Shown: in pieces, positions 60,459 to 64,000 of the stretch
Numbering within the stretch: the first letter of the stretch is position 1
Layout of the letters: the number at the start of each line of letters is the position of its first letter
Assembly (NCBI GenBank): GCA_016936505.1
Contig: JAFGXS010000034.1
Location: forward strand, 25,266-89,265
DNA: 64,000 nucleotides
Reading direction: 5' to 3'
Origin: Bacteroidales bacterium
Lineage (GTDB): Bacteria > Bacteroidota > Bacteroidia > Bacteroidales > F082
The notes under the pieces: generated by a model
Told to the model about the DNA's origin: nothing
The model's input: the letters and a program-made list of their open reading frames with translations, nothing else
Database searches by the model: none
Position numbers and translations under genes: made by a program

Positions 60459-60536
60459 CCAACGGGCTTTGTGTGAGTTATTAACTTTTGTTCAAAACTC
60501 TTGTGAACAGATTGTGTAAAACCACGCTTATAACTA

Positions 60537-60569
60537 TTTGACTTTACTGGTTTTAGTTGCTTATATTTG
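60537..60569 (+). promoter_or_regulatory. Complete Bacteroidota sigma-A promoter: -33 TTTG (60537-40), 21-nt spacer, -7 TATATTTG (60562-69)
   Basis: Exact match to TTTG-N19-21-TAnnTTTG with no protein gene downstream on this strand. Confidence 0.8.
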
Positions 60570-60573
60570 TGTC

Positions 60574-60988
60574 AGCAGATGAAAATAAGTGCAGGTTCTT
60601 AACGGATGATGGGTGACGAAACAAAGGTAAAATGAAAACCGAAAGGTTTTGATGGAACCGGAAACCGAAACATTCAGCGGAAGTCTGAAAAGAAATCCGA
60701 GTCTTACACAAGAGCAACGTTGAAACCGGTTGACATCCTGAAAAAAGTTTATTCTTTCGAAGCTTTTTGGAAACAAAAAGTACGGTTGAACAGCGTGAAC
60801 ACAAAGTGAAACATGATATCTCTAAAGGATACAGAAAGAAAACTTTGGGAGTTAACCTGACATGTCAGAAGCTACGGCTGAAAGACAGAGACTCAGGCGC
60901 CCAACATAATCTGCCATCAATTCGGAAGCTACGGCTGAAGAAAAGGTGACCGGAAAACGATCCCTAAAGATGGTTTTCCGGTTTTTTT
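60574..60988 (+). ncRNA. Candidate large (~415 nt) structured non-coding RNA of unknown class
   Basis: Own promoter and terminator, nested long-range helices, two GAAA and two UACG tetraloop hairpins, purine-rich linkers, no credible ORF. Confidence 0.78.
60949..60988 (+). terminator. Intrinsic terminator of the candidate ncRNA
   Basis: ACCGGAAAAC (60949-58) / GTTTTCCGGT (60973-82) stem followed by a T-tract to 60988. Confidence 0.88.
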
Positions 60989-61018
60989 GTATCCCTACAT
61001 TTCGTTTGAACCTCTGTT

Positions 61019-62527
61019 TTACCAGTTCAGATAGTGAACCTTAAATCCTGATTCTATATAGGATTCTATCATTTGTTTGCGGGAAGCCTCAGCTTGTTCT
61101 TTAGTTAGGAAACCATTGGATGTTCGATGACCGGCATCGGTTTTGCCCCAGTTGGGAATTATCTTAATCAACATCGCATCAAACCTGTAGGTTAAATTGT
61201 ATTTCTTCAGTTCGCGGTGAACATTGCTGATATACATATGATACTGCGGGTGTCCGGTTCCCTCCGGATCACAATAACAGGAGGCCACAACATAATAGTA
61301 AAAAGGCCCTGTTTTATAGTTCGGCAACGGTGCATTAATAAAGATGCTGTTATCACTTTCAACAGGATTTTTCGGAGGATTGATGTTGTTTCTGTAGATT
61401 GCTGCATGAAAACCATAGCACACATCTATTCCGGTCAGCAACAAATCCTGATCTCCATCGTGATCAAAATCGCCCCATAAAGCTTTACCATTGGTTACTC
61501 CGGGTAATCCGGCCATCACCTGCTTAAAACTAAAAGCCAGTTTATTTTCATAAACCAGTGTATACGGACGTTCCATCGATTCACCCGTGATAACAATATC
61601 CAGATCACCGTCGTGATCCATATCGGCAACATCAATATTTCCGTTCTTTAAAGGCCTGATAGGAACCGAAACCTCCCTGAAGCGAAATCCGGTTTCGTTG
61701 GAATACATATGACACTGGGGCACACCATTGCTGTCTTCTCCGGTCATAAAAATATCCACATCGCCATCACCGTCAAAATCGGCACAGGCAACGTCGCCAT
61801 TCTGTAATGGATCAAAGTTCCGGACAAAGGAAAAGGATTTTCCCTGTTCATTTTTATACAAAGCACTCACTGCTCCATTACCGTCATTTCCCATAATTAC
61901 CATATCGGGATAGCCATCGCTGTTAAAATCGCCCCAACGTGCTGCTCCGTTTACCACGCCAGGTATGCGGGTCAGAATTCTGTGAAAAACGCCCTTATCA
62001 TTTCTGTAAATATAAGTAGCCAAACGATTCCTGGCATCTTTTCCTGTTTCCAGGATATCCAGATCGCCATCTTTATCATAATCACCCCAGGCTACAGAAC
62101 CACCCGAAAGACCAATAAAATCAGGGTTAACCACCTCGGTAAACTTTCCATTCCCGTTGTTTCGGTAGAGCTTCATAACCGGAACTCCATACTGGTTCAA
62201 ACCGGTAACTACCACATCGGGCCTGCCGTCGCCATTGTAATCGCCCGCGGCAGCATCGCCATGGTACAAAGCCGGGAACGGAGAATACACCTGAACAAAG
62301 TTTCGGGAGACATTATTTTTTTCCAGTTGAGAAAAAACACTGTGCCGGGTATCCTGATAACGTTCTCCGGCAACATACGCATACGATGGGCCATTTTGTG
62401 CAATGATCCAGGTTTCTACCGGATCCATTACACCTGTAAACTGTGTCGGAATCTTAGTAAAGATCTGTGCCTTTGTAATACCAAAAGTCAAAAGAAAAAG
62501 GACCAACAACAGGTATTTCTTGTCCAT
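61019..62527 (-). CDS. Secreted FG-GAP/VCBS-repeat (beta-propeller) protein
   Basis: Repeated GD(Y/F)(N/D)xDGxxD motifs followed by Y.N; signal peptide from ATG 62527. Confidence 0.88.
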   Translation of the reverse strand: MDKKYLLLVLFLLTFGITKAQIFTKIPTQFTGVMDPVETWIIAQNGPSYAYVAGERYQDTRHSVFSQLEKNNVSRNFVQVYSPFPALYHGDAAAGDYNGDGRPDVVVTGLNQYGVPVMKLYRNNGNGKFTEVVNPDFIGLSGGSVAWGDYDKDGDLDILETGKDARNRLATYIYRNDKGVFHRILTRIPGVVNGAARWGDFNSDGYPDMVIMGNDGNGAVSALYKNEQGKSFSFVRNFDPLQNGDVACADFDGDGDVDIFMTGEDSNGVPQCHMYSNETGFRFREVSVPIRPLKNGNIDVADMDHDGDLDIVITGESMERPYTLVYENKLAFSFKQVMAGLPGVTNGKALWGDFDHDGDQDLLLTGIDVCYGFHAAIYRNNINPPKNPVESDNSIFINAPLPNYKTGPFYYYVVASCYCDPEGTGHPQYHMYISNVHRELKKYNLTYRFDAMLIKIIPNWGKTDAGHRTSNGFLTKEQAEASRKQMIESYIESGFKVHYLNW

Positions 62528-62649
62528 GCAGCGCAAGTTAATTTTAAAAGTTAAAAATAGAAATTATTTTGTAATCCATTCTTCACGCTGAAACAGTAAA
62601 TATCTACAACGCATGGTTAATAAATAGGCAACTCTGCAAAGGTTTTTTA

Positions 62650-63309
62650 TTATTTGATCCATTTCATTATTTCCCGATACTGATAAATATGAACTCCTGC
62701 CGGATCTGATTTGGAAGCCTTTATCATGGCCCGGGCCACATCTTCAGCTTTAACGGGTTTCATTCTGTCGGGGAACAAAAAAGACAACGGTTTCATTATC
62801 ATGGCTCCGATCCGTTCTCCCATCCTGAATTCTTCTCTTTTTCCCAGCAACAACGATGGCCTGAACATCAGCAGCGATGAGAAGCCCAGGCCATTCAGCG
62901 TGTCTTCCACTTCTCCTTTAAGTTGCAGATAAAAATTATTGCTTTTACTGTCGGCACCCAACGAGGAAACCAAAACAAATTGCGGGCAACCGTTTTCTGA
63001 ACTGTATTTTGCAGCATGAACAGGAATGTCGTAATCCACCCTTCTGTATTGTTTTTTATCTCCTTTAACTTTATTGTTTGTCGTACCCACAGCACAAAAA
63101 ACCACATCGGCACCCTTCATTTCAGACCGAAACTGATCTGTGTTATTAAAATCAATAACTGCTGCTTTAACTCCGGAAGTGTTATTTTTTACAGGTCTTC
63201 GAACCAGAATCTTCACTTCCGAAAAGGCGGTGTCTTTCTGCAATAAATCCAACAAATGACCTCCGATCAATCCTGTTGATCCAATTAATATTGCTTTTTT
63301 CTGTTTCAT
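62650..63309 (-). CDS. NAD(P)-binding Rossmann protein (TIP30/YraR-like atypical SDR)
   Basis: GSTGLIG, FCAVGTT, VDYDIP, VSSLGA, YLQLKGEVE, RPSLLLG. Confidence 0.88.
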   Translation of the reverse strand: MKQKKAILIGSTGLIGGHLLDLLQKDTAFSEVKILVRRPVKNNTSGVKAAVIDFNNTDQFRSEMKGADVVFCAVGTTNNKVKGDKKQYRRVDYDIPVHAAKYSSENGCPQFVLVSSLGADSKSNNFYLQLKGEVEDTLNGLGFSSLLMFRPSLLLGKREEFRMGERIGAMIMKPLSFLFPDRMKPVKAEDVARAMIKASKSDPAGVHIYQYREIMKWIK

Positions 63310-63818
63310 TCTGTCGTGTTTTTATGGATTAAATAAATAACTCCTGGAGATCCTTCAAAATTAAAATCCCTGATGTAAGTCATCCCTGTTTTCTCCAGTA
63401 CCCTGATGGATGCCGTGTTGCCTTTCATGGCACGGGCAATAATTTCGTTTCTTTCCAGGTGTTGAAATCCCCATTCCAAAGAAGCGCTGGCCGATTCTGT
63501 AGCATATCCCAGGTTCCAGTATTTTCTAAAAAATCTGAACCCCACATCTACTTCATCACTTTCCGGTGAATACTTCAACCCGCACCAGCCTAAGAACTCC
63601 TCATCGCTTTTACGAATTACTGCCCACCTTCCGAATCCGTATTTCTTGTATTGATCATAGTTTTCAAGGAATATCCTTGCTTCCTCAACACTTTTAAACG
63701 AATCGTCACCCGTAAACCGAATCACTTCAGCATCAAGGTTCAGATGGTAAAAATATAGCGCATCATCAGGTGTTAACTCCCTTAAATATAATCTCTCGGT
63801 TTCTATCCTTTTTTTCAT
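63306..63818 (-). CDS. GNAT acetyltransferase, RimJ/RimL family
   Basis: IETERLYLREL, FLGWCGL, VGFRF...WNLGYATE, NTASIRVLEKTGM. Confidence 0.9.
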   Translation of the reverse strand: MKKRIETERLYLRELTPDDALYFYHLNLDAEVIRFTGDDSFKSVEEARIFLENYDQYKKYGFGRWAVIRKSDEEFLGWCGLKYSPESDEVDVGFRFFRKYWNLGYATESASASLEWGFQHLERNEIIARAMKGNTASIRVLEKTGMTYIRDFNFEGSPGVIYLIHKNTTE

Positions 63819-64000
63819 CAGTCAAGAATAGCAACCACACGCGACGGAGCAGCGGAAGCGCCTACTATTTTAAGCGGAAAAGCAGCTACTTTAAATCCCT
63901 GATAGGGCAAAGCATCGAGGTTCACCAGCTGTTCCATATGTAAGTACTCTTTGTTTTGTCCCACAAGGTGGGCTTCCCAAAAATATTCTTTATTATTCGT
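63818..64000 (-). CDS. C-terminal end of a cyclase-family (kynurenine formamidase-like) protein
   Basis: Manual translation ...WEAHLVG...HMEQLVNLDALP...FPLKIVGASAAPSRVVAILD*; TGA overlaps the GNAT ATG. Confidence 0.8.
   Translation of the reverse strand, partial: TNNKEYFWEAHLVGQNKEYLHMEQLVNLDALPYQGFKVAAFPLKIVGASAAPSRVVAILD

Noticed and set aside
60863-60942. Kink-turns in the duplicated UACG hairpins
   Set aside because: Tandem G-A pairs are present but the 3-nt bulge 5' of the GA required for a k-turn is absent.
60553-60949. Track ORFs 60553-60804 (-), 60561-60776 (-) and 60767-60949 (+) as protein genes
   Set aside because: Short, with no recognisable motifs, and at least one has a TTG start; they overlap a promoter-terminator unit whose sequence is explained by RNA helices.
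60574-60988. Identification of the ncRNA as RNase P RNA, tmRNA, 6S, SRP or a group I intron
   Set aside because: No GAGGAAAGUCC/CCCGGCUUA, no GGGG...CCACCA tRNA-like ends, size wrong for 6S/SRP, no P7 or terminal-G intron signatures, and it is not inside a host gene.

Overview
A 64-kb chromosomal segment from a Bacteroidota bacterium, probably Bacteroidales-like. The assignment rests on many TAnnTTTG -7 promoter boxes, short atpC, GIHH-type IleRS and lipoprotein/OMP genes. Housekeeping genes include panCD, rfaE2, a split F1Fo operon (atpDC and atpBEFHAG), ftnA, eno, lspA, dksA-like, ileS, sua5, waaA, pepA, DPP-IV and tadA. Accessory parts are: (i) an AT-rich island at ~5.4-12.6 kb with a ~205-bp direct repeat bracketing a RiPP-like cluster, made of an unannotated 49-aa precursor followed by a 13-bp terminator, a carboxypeptidase-regulatory-domain protein, a broken LpxL-like acyltransferase and an RRE/site-2-protease fusion; (ii) an ~11.8-kb block between atpC and atpB with an SD-led enolase, a cation-chloride-cotransporter homologue, TrkA/TrkH and a P3A-type H+-ATPase; (iii) an AbiV-like remnant and a CbbR-like LysR plus DabBA inorganic-carbon pump; (iv) at ~60.57-60.99 kb, a ~415-nt transcription unit with its own promoter and terminator, no credible ORF, nested long-range helices, GAAA/UACG tetraloops and a duplicated hairpin module. 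I cannot assign (iv) to any housekeeping RNA, so it is a candidate novel large structured ncRNA. No tRNA, rRNA, CRISPR array or transposase was seen. All family assignments come from motif recognition, not database searches.
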